DNA of 64,000 bases from Macrostomum lignano (Eukaryota): positions 372,001 through 436,000 of the forward strand of contig NIVC01000212.1 in assembly GCA_002269645.1 (NCBI GenBank), written 5' to 3'. Below, one piece after another: positions 1 through 12,400 of this stretch (the stretch's first letter is position 1; every line of letters starts with the position of its first letter). Under the pieces are notes generated by a model that was not told the origin of the DNA, made no database searches, and worked only from the letters and a program-made list of their open reading frames with translations. Made by a program: the position numbers and the translations under genes.

Positions 1-1940
1 CAGCGACTGCCAACGTACGATAACCCTAACTAGCACTTGGCAACAGTCGGCATTGGCCTACAAAGTGAAAACTACCTGCCCAGCTGACTACAGGGTCAAG
101 CCTAGCGTTGGTCTGTTGGAGCCGGGAGCCAGCGTTTGCGTTGTAGTCACCTACAGGTGAGCTCGAAAATTTATTGCAAGCTCGAAGTTTGACTGTAAGC
201 TCGAAGTTTGACTGTAAGCTCGAAGTTTGACTGTAAGCTTGAAGTTTCATTGTAAGCTTGAAGTTTCATTGTAAGCTTGAAGTTTCATTGTAAGCTCGAA
301 GTTTTATTGTAAGCTCGAAGTTTTATTGTAAACCCGAAAATTCACTGTAAACTATTTTATCAACATCAACAAAGGCCGTCTTCAACGCCGCCGAGTCAGC
401 CGCCGGCTCGCTCTGACAAGCTGCAGCTGCTGGCGGCGCCAGTTGAATCTGGCCTGTCGCGCGAGGCCTGCCAGGAGGCGTTGAAGTCCGCTCCGTCCGA
501 GGCGCTGATGGAGCACCGGCTCCGCTGTCGGGTTGAGACGCCGAAACCGGCTGCTGGGTCGTCAGCGGCGGCATCTGGACGGCTGCCAGATGACCAGCAG
601 TTGGCCGCTCTGCGCTCCGAGGTAAGCGAGCCGTCGTGTTCGACAGAATGATGAGGACTTTGCTGTGGCACGCATGCTTATAACCGTTGATGCTGAACTA
701 CTGCAATAACTGCATGAATATCCAGTACTGATTACAGACACTACTTTAGAGATCATGTTACTGAAACAGCATAAATTGAAAGTCTGCAGAAATATTTTTA
801 CAGACACTATTGCTGACACAGCTACAGACACTGCTACAGACACTATTGCTGACACAGCTACAGACACTGCTACAGACACTATTGCTGACACAGCTACAGA
901 CACTGCTACGACACTATTGCTGACACAGCTGCAGACACTGCTACAGACACTGCTACGACACTATTGCTGACACAGCTACAGACACTGCTACAGACACTAT
1001 TGCTGACACAGCTACAGACACTATTGCTGACACAGCTACAGACACTATTGCTGACACAGCTACAGACACTATTGCTGACACAGCTACAGACACTATTGCT
1101 GACACAGCTACAGACACTATTGCTGACACAGCTACAGACACTATTGCTGACACAGCTACAGACACTATTGCTGACACAGCTACAGACACTATTGCTGACA
1201 CAGCTACAGACACTATTGCTGACACAGCTACAGACACTATTGCTGACACAGCTACAGACACTATTGCTGACACAGCTACAGACACTATTGCTGACACAGC
1301 TACAGACACTATTGCTGACACAGCTACAAACACTATTGCTGACACAGCTACAGACACTATTGCTGACACAGCTACAGACACTATTGCTGACACAGCTACA
1401 GACACTATTGCTGACACAGCTACAGACACTATTGCTGACACTGCTTCAGACACAGCTGCAGACACTATTGCTGACACAGCTGCAGACACTATTGCTGACA
1501 CAGCTGCAGACACTATTGCTGACACAGCTGCAGACACTATTGCTGACACAGCTACAGACACTATTGCTGACACAGCTACAGACACAGCTACAGACACTGC
1601 TTCAGACACAGCTACAGACACTATTGCTGACACAGCTGCAGACACAGCTACAGACACAGCTGCAGACACAGCTGCAGACACAGCTAGAGACAGTGCTACA
1701 GACACCACTCCAGACCCCCAAATCCTCGTCCCAACGCCCTCCCCCCGGCAGGTGAGCCGTCTGTCTGGCATGGTCAGCCGCCTAGCGGTGCAGCAGTCGC
1801 AGCGCCTGGCCTACACCAAGTACAGCCTGTGGCTGCTGGCCTTTGGAGTTATTTTCTTGGCCTTTCTATTGGGCTGGAGCTGCGGCCGGCAGGCCGCCTC
1901 ATCAAGTCATGCAGGCCCGCCACACTCTGCAGAGCTGTGA
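1..1940 (+). CDS. MOSPD2: Motile sperm domain-containing protein 2-like, 3' part (MSP domain + C-terminal TM anchor); exons <1-156, 375-621, 1752-1940
   Basis: Frame 2 reads ALAYKVKTTCPADYRVKPSVGLLEPGASV (MSP motif). The next exon has DKLQLLAA...MEHRLRC, matching MOSPD2 MEHRLRC. The last exon has a hydrophobic anchor LWLLAFGVIFLAFLLGW then a stop. GT-AG junctions at 157/374 and 622/1751 keep the frame. Confidence 0.8.
178..345. repeat. 19-bp minisatellite in MOSPD2 intron (ctcgaagtttgactgtaag)
   Basis: About 8 tandem units visible; each contains GTAAG. Confidence 0.85.
797..1710. repeat. 24-bp minisatellite in MOSPD2 intron (gacactattgctgacacagctaca)
   Basis: Tandem units between donor 622 and acceptor 1751; explains the TQLQTLLL and AVSAIVSV ORFs. 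Confidence 0.95.
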
Positions 1941-1966
1941 CCTCGGGGTAGTTGGGGTGGGTCGCT

Positions 1967-2016
1967 ATTGACAGACAGTCAGACAGTCAGTCAGACAGAC
2001 AGACAGACAGTCAGTC

Positions 2017-2078
<62 letters not shown>
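1967..2078. repeat. (GACA)n microsatellite
   Basis: Direct observation. Confidence 0.95.
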
Positions 2079-2079
<1 letters not shown>

Positions 2080-2479
2080 TATAATATTTCAAACAGACTT
2101 AAAGATAATAGACTCGTTATATTTTCTATTGAGCTTGTATAATGTATATTTTTCGTTTTTTAGTGAATCAACTAAACAATAGAGAATATTGTCTTCAAAA
2201 TCGATCATCAATATAATAATCATATCTATTTGCTTTGTACCGGCGCTTTCACAACACGGACTGGACTATAGAAGTCCGGCTCGATTTGCCAATTGTAATT
2301 CAAATTCAGTTACATTCTACCAATCGGAGTTTTATTTTACTGTCAGATATTGACTGCCTTTGTGTTGCTAATTACTCATATACTTCTCAAGGCCGGTTAT
2401 TAATTGCATTCGATGTTAAATTTAACATCAGTCAGTGTGCAACTTTGCCTTAGTAAAATATCGATTTTTTAACCCCTCT

Positions 2480-3400
2480 GTCTTCTCCCGTCGTTCCCTC
2501 TGCCTTCCCCTCCGCCTTGCCCTTTGGCTTCCCCTCCGTCTTTCTCTATGGCTTCCCCTCCGCCTTGCCCTCTGGCTTCCCCTCCGTCTTTCTCTATGGC
2601 TTCCCCTCCGCCTTGCCCTCTGGCTTCCCCTCCGTCTTTCTCTATGGCTTCCCCTCCGCCTTGCCCTCTGGCTTCCCCTCCGTCTTTCTCTATGGCTTCC
2701 CCTCCGCCTTGCCCTCTGGCTTCCCCTCCGTCTTTCTCTATGGCTTCCCCTCTGCCTTCCCCTCTGCCTTGCCCTCTGGCTTCCCCTCCGTCTTTCTCTA
2801 TGGCTTCCCCTCTGCCTTCCCCTCTGCCTTGCCCTCCGTCTTTCTCTATGGCTCCCTTCTGCCTTCCCCTCTGCCTTGCCCTCTGGCTTCCCCTCCGTCT
2901 TTCTCTATGGCTTCCCCTCTGTCTTCTCCTCTGATTTCCCCTCTGGCTTTCCCTCTGCCTTATCGTCTTCCCCTCTGCCTTCCCCTCTGTCTTCCCCTCT
3001 GCCTTCCCCTCTGTCTTTCCCTCCGTCTTTCTCTATAGCTTCCCCTCTGGCTTTCCCTCTGCCTTATCTGCTTCCCCTCTGGTTTTCCCTCTGCCTTATC
3101 TGCTTCCCCTCTGGCTTTCCCTCTGCCTTATCTGCTTCCCCTCTGGCTTTCCCTCTGCCTTATCTGCTTCCCCTCTGGCTTTCCCTCTGCCTTATCTGTC
3201 TTCCCCTCTGCCTTCCCCTCTGTCTTCCCCTCTGCCTTCCCCTCTGACTTTCCCTCCGTCTTTCTCTATAGCTTCCCCTCTGGCTTTCCCTCTGCCTTAT
3301 CTGCTTCCCCTCTGGCTTTCCCTCTGCCTTATCTGCTTCCCGTCTGGCTTTCCCTCTGCCTTATCTGTCTTCCCCTCTGTCTTTCCCTCTATCATCCCCT
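2480..3400. repeat. Pyrimidine-rich ~48-bp minisatellite, degenerating rightwards
   Basis: Unit ctctggcttcccctccgtctttctctatggcttcccctccgccttgcc; the overlapping ORFs have a 16-aa period. Confidence 0.9.
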
Positions 3401-4019
3401 CCATCTTCCCCTATTTTATTTTTTTTTATTTCTTTGAAAATTTGCTATTTAAGCAACAACTTCAAGCCAAATTTTTTTCTCTCTTAAGAACGAGTTTTTG
3501 TAGATAAAAATGCGACTGGTCCTACTGACTTATTGATTTGCAGTACGAGTAGAGTGGTGAACGAATATTTTTTCGATAATTTATAATCGATGCAATAGCG
3601 CTCAAGGTTTCTTCAGTAAAACAAACATAGATAAGATTATTTTTTGCAGCCCTTAATTTTTCTGCCAGCGCTCTGTTACTCGTGCCCTAGTAGTAGTGAA
3701 GCTTGTGTCACACTTCCTTTTCTACTTGAAGATTTTATAATACTTTGCAAATTCTGCATGCGAAAATTGAATTAAGTTTGATTTGGTTCAAAATAAAAGT
3801 GCTCTTCAATTATTTATCTTTACAGTGTTGTCTTTCATTCTTTGTTTTTCTCATTTTTCAAAATGGAAAAGTTTCGTTTTCAGCTAGAATAAGTAAACCA
3901 ATCCCCTTTGTTGAAAATTCCCCTTGTCTGTGAAATTCCCGTTCTCAAAAAATTCCCCTTTTTAAAAAATATTTCCCATGTCGAAAATTCCCTGTGTCAA
4001 AAATTCATCACCTCTTGAA

Positions 4020-4545
4020 TAATAAGATTCCCCTCTCTAAAGAATCCCCCTTTGATAAGACTCCCTTCTCCAAAGAATTCCACTTTGATAAGATTCCCCT
4101 CTCTAAAGAATTCCCCTTTGATACGATTTCCCTCTCTAAAGAATTCCCCTTTGATACGATTTCCCTCTCTAAAGAATTCCCCTTTGATACGATTCCCCTC
4201 TCTAAAGAGTTCCCCTTTGATAAGATTCCCTTCTCTAAAGAATTCCCCTTTGATACGATTTCCCTCTCTAAAGAATTCCCCTTTGATACGATTCCCCTCT
4301 CTAAAGAGTTCCCCTTTGATAAGATTCCCTTCTCTAAAGAATTCCCCTTTGATAAGATTCCCCTCTCTAAAGAGTTCCCCTTTGATAAGATTCCCCTCTC
4401 TAAAGAGTTCCCCTTTGATAAGATTCCCCTCTCTAAAGAGTTCCCCTTTGATAAGATTTCCCTCTCTAAAGAGTTCCTTTTTGATAAGAATTCCCCTTTC
4501 TAAAGAATTCCCCTTTGGTAAGATTCCCCTCTAAAGAATTCCCCA
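4020..4545. repeat. 33-bp minisatellite (gaattcccctttgataagattcccctctctaaa)
   Basis: Tandem units; ORFs with an 11-aa period (KEFPFDKIPLS). Confidence 0.9.
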
Positions 4546-4589
4546 TTTCACTGCATGTCCTAAACAACCAGTCGCGCCTGGCAACTCTG

Positions 4590-7500
4590 ATGGCGGAAAC
4601 GAAGCTGATGCTGGCGCCTTCGCCGTCGCCCTCGCCGTCGTCAAATATGTCAAAGACGGCAGCGGCGGCGGTCAAGCCTAAGAATCGGCGAAAACGCGAG
4701 AGCGAGTTCGCTAGCGACACCGACACTGACAGCGACGCCGACGGATCTACAGTCGACTTGAGCGTCGGCGAATTCGCCAAACTCGGCCGCGCAATGCAGG
4801 AACTGCGCGCAATCCACGCCGCTCTTCGTCGGCAACGTCGGCAACTTCGCGCTCGCGAGGCGGCCCTAGCGGCCCGCGAATCGGCCGCCGTGGCGGAGGC
4901 CGAGGCCGCCGCCGTTTCCGCCGCTCGTGCCGAGGCCGACGAGCGGGCCCGACTGGAGCTCCGGCTGCTCGCCTCCGAGGAGGCTGGCGCGTCTGCTCGA
5001 CGCGAATGCGCCCGACTGCGCGACGCGTTCAAATCGGCTCGGGAATCGTCTGCGCAGCTGCGGCGCCAACTGGCCGAGGCCGAAGCCGAGCGCGACCGAC
5101 TGGCGCGGGCCGAGCGCTCGCATCGCGCCCGATTGGCAAATCTTGGCGCCGATAATTCCAGCGCGATATCGTCATCGCCGTCGGCGGCGGCTCCTCCTTC
5201 CGCTAGGCGTCGATGCTGCGTCGATGCGGCCGGATCGAGCGGCGTCGATGTCGGAGTGCAGACTCCGGCCAAGTGGATGGCCGCCGCTGTCGCCGCTGCC
5301 GAGGCTGAGGCTGCGGCGCGCGCGGCTACGGCTGCCCTACAACTGGCCGAGGTGACTTGGCTGTGAATGTGGCATTTAATTGGTGAATGTGTTGTTTCTG
5401 TTGGTGAATACAGTGTTTGAGTTGGTGAATACAGTGTTTGAGTTGGTGAATGCAGTGTTTGAGTTGGTGAATGCAGTGTTTGAGTTGGTGAATGCAGTGT
5501 TTGAGTTGGTGAATGCAGTGTTTGAGTTGGTGAATACAGTGTTTGTGTTGGTGAATGCAGCATTTGAATTGGTGAATACAGTGTTTGAATTTGTGAATGC
5601 CGTGTTTCAGTTGGTGAATGCAGTGTTTGAGTTGGTGAATGCTGCATTTGAATTGGTGAATGCAGTGTTTGAATTTGTGAATGCCGTGTTTCAGTTGGTG
5701 AATGCAGTGTTTGAGTTGGTGAATGCAGCATTTGAATTGGTGAATGCAGTGTTTGAGTTTGTGAATGCAGTGTTTGAGTTGGTGAATGCAGTGTTTGAGT
5801 TGGTGAATGCTGCATTTGAATTGGTGAATGCAGTGTTTGAATTTGTTAATGCCGTGTTTCAGTTGGTGAATGCAGTGTTTGAGTTGGTGAATGCAGCATT
5901 TGAATTGGTGAATGCAGCGTTTGAGTTTGTGTCAAATGCAGTTTTATTCGGCGAAAACATAAACCTTAAAACTTGAATGTTTATTCACTTTAAATATCAA
6001 ATATTTTGCTTGGCTTGTGATCTTTTTCCCCGTCAAAAAAGTGCTTCATCCAAATTCGCCCTCAGTCCCTGATCTCCTGGGACAACTCTGTCGGTCGCCT
6101 GGCCTGGTCGCCAATTCCGAGTTCGCCATCGACGCCAACGCCTTCGCCGCGGCCTGTAGACGCCGAAGCCGCACTGCGCTGCATGCCGCCTCTGGTCGAG
6201 TTGCTCCAGCAGCGGCTCGGCTCGCCATCGACTCGACAGCGCAGTCAGAAGACGCATTCGGTAACCTTAGCAACAGCCTCGGCCAGTCTCCGCTTTCTTC
6301 ATCGCCTGCTGTCCACTGCTGAGCTGGGTGGCGCCGGACAGCGGGTCAGCGGCGCCGCTTGCGTTCGCCAACTGGCCGAATCGCTGGCCCAGCGCCTGCT
6401 GCCTCGTCGGGATCGAGTCGAGTGCGACCAGCTGCTGCTGCTGGCCTGTCTGCTGATTCTGCGCGCGTCGATTGGCGACTTTGAAGCCCGACAGCGGGCG
6501 GTCGAAGCGCTGCGGAAACGGCTGCTGGAGTCCAGGGAGGCCCGGCGCGTTGCCGTCAGGTATGCCTGTCCGGTGTCTGTCCGGTGCTTGTCCGGTTTCC
6601 GTCCGGTGTCTGTCTGGTGTCTGTCCGGTGTCTGTCTGGTGCCTGTCCGGTGTCTGTCCGGTGTCTGTCCGGTGCCTGTCCTTGCCTGTCCAGTGCCTGT
6701 CGGTTTCTGTCCGGTGTTTGTCCGGTGCCTGTCCGGTGCCTGTCCGGTGCCTGTCGGTTTCTGTCCGGTGTTTGTCTGGTGTCTGTCCGGTGCCTGTCTG
6801 GTGTCTGTCGGGTGTCTGTCCGGTGCCTGTCCGGTGCCTGTCTAGTGTCTGTCCGGTGTCTGTCCGGTGTCTGTCTGGTGCCTGTCCGGTGTCTGTCCGG
6901 TGATTGTCCGGTGCCTGTCCGGTGCCTGTCCGGTGCCTGTCGGTGTTTGTCCGGTGCCTGTCGGTTTCTGTCCGGTGTTTGTCTGGTGTCTGTCCGGTGC
7001 CTGTCCGGTGCCTGTCTAGTATCTGTCCGGTGTCTGTTCGGTGTCTGTCCGGTGTCTGTCCGGTGTCTCTCCAGTGTCTTTCCTGTGTCTGTCCGGTATC
7101 TGTCCGGTGTATGTCCGGTGTATGTCTGGTGTCTTGTTGGATTGTCTCTCCCGTGTCTTTCCCGTCAGTCCCGTGGCTTTCCAGTGTCTATGCCGTGTCT
7201 GCCCAATGTCCTTCCGGAGTCTGTCGGTGTCTCCAGTTTCCGTCAAAGGAGGTCAATCCCGATGTCTGTCCGTTGTTTTTACGGTGTCTTTTCAGTGTCT
7301 AGTATTTTTTCCGGTAATTTCTGATGTTTGCCCATTGCCTGTCCGGTGTCCGGTGTCCGGTTTCCGGTGTCGTTTTGGTGTCTGCCGGATATCTGATTGT
7401 AGTGTCTGTCCGGCGTTTGGTTTGGTTTGGCTTGCCTGGTTCTTATCGAATGTCAAAGTGCAGTTACATCATTGTATATCTATTTTTTCACATTTGAAAT

Positions 7501-8092
7501 GATTTATTTGGCAGGCTCACAGCTAACACAGATTTCATCTCTAAACAATCCCTAAACCCACAGATCCCTAGACGGCGGTCACTGGCTGCTGCTGGCGGTT
7601 TTGCAGTCGGCGGAGGCGCCCGCTCACCACTGGCCCGCTGCTCACCAGCGCGCCCTGCTGGACGCGGCGCTCTGTCTGGCCTGCGACGCCGAGTTTGGCG
7701 CCGAATTTTTGCGCCAACTCGTCGACGGAAGAATCGACAACGGCGTCGACGGTGGCGGCGACACGGCGACACGCCTGGCTGTCGGGCTGCTTCGCGTCGG
7801 CGCCGGCGTCGACCGCGGCGTCCAAGAGCGCGCCGCTGTTCTACTGCAAAAAGCGCGCCGATACGTTGGCGCCAGTAGGCGCCATAATCGGCGCCATTTT
7901 CTTGCGCCGGCGGCCGCCGCGGAAGCGCGTCGACTGCTGGCTGGCGTCGGACCAGATGACGACTTTTTGGCTGTCAATCTTAGGGCAATTCTGCGCCCCG
8001 GCGGTGCCGAAGCTGATGAAGAAGAGGAGTCTGCGAGTGTCCGGGGCGACGCCAACTCGGACGAGGGGCAAGGGGGAGACTTGTCCGGTTGA
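4590..8092 (+). CDS. CCDC138: Coiled-coil domain-containing protein 138-like; exons 4590-5351, 6066-6559, 7564-8092 (~594 aa)
   Basis: N-terminal Ala/Arg/Glu coiled coil. The C-terminal helical region (LRCMPPLVELLQ; CVRQLAESL; LLDAALCLACD..FL; ERAAVLLQK...FLAVNLRAIL) parallels my recollection of CCDC138 (LRRLGEDI; EKLSIILQK...FLCINLNSTL). GT-AG phases are consistent; the start codon is inferred. Confidence 0.65.
5385..5930. repeat. 21-bp minisatellite in CCDC138 intron 1 (gttggtgaatgcagtgtttga)
   Basis: Tandem units between donor 5352 and acceptor 6065. Confidence 0.95.
6565..7130. repeat. ~11-bp minisatellite in CCDC138 intron 2 (gtctgtccggt)
   Basis: Tandem degenerate units. Confidence 0.9.
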
Positions 8093-9468
8093 TTGACAGC
8101 GAAGAACTTTGGACCGATTGGTGGCCATTTAGGCATCCTGGGTTCGAATTCATCAGTTAAACGGCGCAAAATCAAATGAAATAGCAGCATCTCTAGCCTA
8201 CGCGTTTACACTGCTGATCAGCCTCTAAAATTTTAATAACCATGCAACACCAACTATTTGCTATCCGACTTCTTAATAGACTGACTTTATCAGTTGGAAC
8301 ACAAAATGTTCATATCATTTTCGGTGCCTCTTGTTTAAAATTGTTGTGCTACGAGAGTATCCTTCTTTTCCATTCCATTCCATTATTATTCGAGCTACTT
8401 GTCTGTTTCACATTAAAATGCACTCAAGCTACGATGTGTATTCTCCTAGTACGCTCGTATGTGTACATGTACATTCCCTATCAGTAGTTTTTTCAGAATT
8501 TATATTATGTTATTAATCCATGCTTAATTAATAAATAATCATAAGCTGTCGTTTTACAAGTAAAATCATCAGTCGATTGGGGATTTATTAAATGCAAATG
8601 CAAAAGTGCTACAAGAATACTTGTGGTCAGTACTATGGAACATATTGATTGCAACAAATCGTTGTTGCCAAAATTTATTACTGACAGTGCTATCACTGTC
8701 AGGCATCACAAATGCGTAGAAACGTAATGTTAAATAACAATACCAAGAATAAAGTTATTCACCCTTTACTCCATTTGGATAGCTTGCTTTAACGAGCCTG
8801 CACCGTACATGTACTGTGTATATTGTATATCTAATTGTAATTATACGAAGGTGTTACCGACGAGGTCGTAGAATTGGTTTAAAAAGCCTGTTGCAAGATG
8901 GAAGTGATTCCATGCTTCTTATAGACATTTTATGGTTGAAGAGAATTATTATATCAATTCAAGATTGTTCAGATGAAATTTTAACAGATTCCATTACCGA
9001 AAAGCAGATTTGTATTAAACTATTTTTATTAGACAAAGTCATACAAATAAAAAATATTTTGTTTTGCACATCAGAATTCATAATTTTAAGCCCAATTCAG
9101 CACAGAAGCAATGAAAATACATTATTTCTAGGTTTTAGGCGCTATTTTGAAATTTCGTATTAGGGGGCCTTTTCATAATAACCTTTTGTTTCCATAACTA
9201 GAGGGAGATGCGCGCTATAAAGTTTTTATTATTAAATGACAATCGCCAAGAAGAAAGTGAAAAATTGTGCTAAGTGAGTTTGTTAAGGCAGTCAAACATT
9301 CAACAGAATTAAATAGTTATACTGCTGTTTTTCTTGGAAGATCAGAACCGATTCTGATTCTGGAATTGGTAATATGAAAAGCCTCAGGGTGTGCAAAATT
9401 TACCTGTAAACAGTGTTGGGCACCAGTCCGTTAATAAGCGTTAATCCGTTAATAAGCGTTAATAAGCG

Positions 9469-12400
9469 TTAACCTACAGATATGACGGTTCACACTAAAT
9501 TCCTAGGCTCCTTCTTTTCTAGTGGAACGATAGTCTATGGCCAAACCTCACTAAAAAACTAAGCCTGAGAACTCAAAACGAGGCCTGTTAACCGGTTAAC
9601 AGGCCTAATAACAAGGCCTGAGAACATTTTAAAATGACTATAATTTGTCAGTTAGTCCATTAGAAGTATAAACTATCAACAGCAGTAAAGACCGATTCAT
9701 TCTTGCCGATTTACTCGAACATGATTTCTACGCTGTTGGTGTCACCGTGGACAGTCATGCGCACCTTCTTGGTAGTACCCTCAGACACGACATCTTGCTC
9801 ATTGGTCCGCCCATTAGACTCCACGGCTCCTCCGGCGTGTAGAGCGTAGGTCATACGCGAATGATCCTGGACGTCTAGCCGTATGTACCTCTCTATTGCG
9901 TTGGACGAATGTCCAGTGACACTACTATGGACTGGCGTAAGGCGCGATTTTGGAGGTGGGGTGGGTGTCAACCCTCCTCGCCTCTCATTGGCTGGCGCCC
10001 CGATCACTAGGTGATCGATACCCGTATCGATATCGGCGACTCGAACCCGCGACCCTCCCCAGCCGCAGGCGCACCTACCGATATTAGATCCCAATAAATC
10101 AATCAGATCCCAAATCAATCAGATCCCAAATCAATCAGATCCCAAGCGCACCCTCCCGAGCCGCAGGCGCCCATGCAGCAGGCGCCCATGCCGCAGGCAC
10201 CCCGAGTGTACACTCTCCCGATATGTGTGTACACCGATATGTAGTCATCGATACGGGCCTCTTCCCCTCTCTCACCTACATCTCAACTAGCGAAATCGAA
10301 CCCAGGTCGCGCCCATACTAGGACACTACACGGTTGTGGGGTATAGGGAGCGAGAAGTTTCAACCCTAACGCTGACGCAGCCCTGTACAGTGAGAGTGTA
10401 CGGGCAGAGAGGGGTGGGGCGGACAGAGAACCAGCCACTAGGTTGTTATACTGTTGAAGCATAGGGAGCGAGAAGTTTTAACCCCGATGCTGACGCAGCC
10501 CTGTACACTGAGCGTGTACGGGCAGAGGGTGGGTGGAAAGAGATGTGAATAACACAGCCTGCTGCAGGAGCCGGATAGAGAGGCGCATGCTAGGACAGAG
10601 AGGTAGTGTGAGTCACACACACCCCACAGAGAAAGCCATACAGAGGATAGAGAGCTCCCTCCCCAGTTGCAGGGGACAGAGAGGCAGGCAGGGTATGCAG
10701 GGGCATGCGAACCGTCAAGGGGCCACGCGAGGATAGAGTGGAGGAGCAGAGATGTGTTTGGACAGAGAGCCAGCCACGTGTGCGTAGTGTGAGGGAACAG
10801 AAACATATGGAGCAGGAGGGAGATAGGAAGCAAACGCGCAGGGTAAGGGAGCCATGCAGCAGGGAGCAGTGTACAGTGAGACACGGGCAGGGGTGGAGCC
10901 GTGCGTGGACAGAGCTGAACGCACGGTCAGCTGCAGGAATAGGATGATAGAGAGGCGCGGAGGGGGACAGAGAGCAGTGTGCAGGGTAGGCAGCCACGCA
11001 GGCTGGGGAACAGAGAGGCGCGTGTCAGCCAGTTACAGCCCGGGACAGAGAAGTATGAAGGGGGGCCTGGGACAGAGAAGTATGAAGGGGGGCCTGGGAC
11101 AGAGTTGCGAGCAAGGCACAGAGAGAGGTAGGGTCCGGTAGCTATGTATAGGCAGGGACCCACGCGAGGGCAGGACAGGGCATGCAAGGCATGCAAATTA
11201 CATGCAAGGGCAGTGAGGTGTGCGCGGAGGGAGACAGAGAGCAGTGTGTAGGGGTAGGTAACAGCAAACTTTAGTAGAGGCGCGTGCGGGGACGGAGAAA
11301 CCAGTCTGAGCGTACAGAGACGTTACAGAGAGGTACACAAACAGAGACCAAAGCGGGCAGAGCACGTGTAGGGACAGAGACGTGAGGGAGAATAGACCAA
11401 AACACGCTATGTATTTTCAAAAGTTGGTTTTAGTGCAGCATATTTAATAGCGGGTAGTATAATAGTATGTACATAGTAGGTATAATGGTAGTAATAATAG
11501 TAAGTATATTAGCCCAAAAGGTAGGCTAAAACAGGCTAAACTGTGTGTACGCATCCTCATCACCCCACAAGCCCCCTCTCCCGCCAGACTCACTCTACCA
11601 AACCCTCCTGTATTGCTGCATGAAGGAAAATATAGTGTAAAAATACAGATCTTAACCGTCAGACCGCTGAAATCAGGGCACACTAGAGGGGTTTCGGGGT
11701 CTGCATGCTCTATGTAAGCTGCTTGAGGAGGTTCCAAGGGCGTTGTGAGGGTTTCCATTATGTTTTGAAAAAAACTAGAGGCTTAAATACAACGTTTTAT
11801 TCAAAAGTAGGTTATTTTAATGAAATAGCTGACACAATCATTGTCGAGAGTAGAAATTTTTATAAGAAACCAGGCATTTTAGCAAAAATAAACCTTCAAA
11901 CCACATAAAATTGAATAAAAAGCAGACATTTTCAATTATAAACCGCAAGTATTTTAATAGAAAAGTAAGCAAACAAGGCACAAAACCAGCAAATTTTACC
12001 TTTTTATTTTAATGTTACTGATAAGGTAGAGAGTAGAAACTTGTGAGCTGTACGGAGTTAGAAAGTATTAACCATTATGTATCGTATGAATTATTAGTTC
12101 AGTACCAGCCATTGGTCAAGCGAGCATTTATGAAGTTATTACGAGTGATGAAGGGATAGAGAGCTATATACAGGAAGACAGTATCCTTCTAAACCACCAC
12201 GAACAGATTGCTAATAGAGATAAGCTTTGTCTGTGTGCAGTATGAGTAAGCGAAGGCGGGGCAAATACTTTTCCACATGCCGGACAGAACAGTATTGTGC
12301 TAGGATTTCTCTCGAAATCGCGGTACGTTACTAGTTTTTATCACACCATCCAGATGCGTCAACTAGTCAGCAGTAGTCATTTATATGTTATTAGAACTTA

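Noticed and set aside
953-7502. Long low-complexity ORFs (953-1771, 964-1755, 2435-3247, 3994-4534, 5380-5976, 6472-7502)
   Set aside because: They are by-products of stop-free minisatellite units lying in introns or intergenic DNA.
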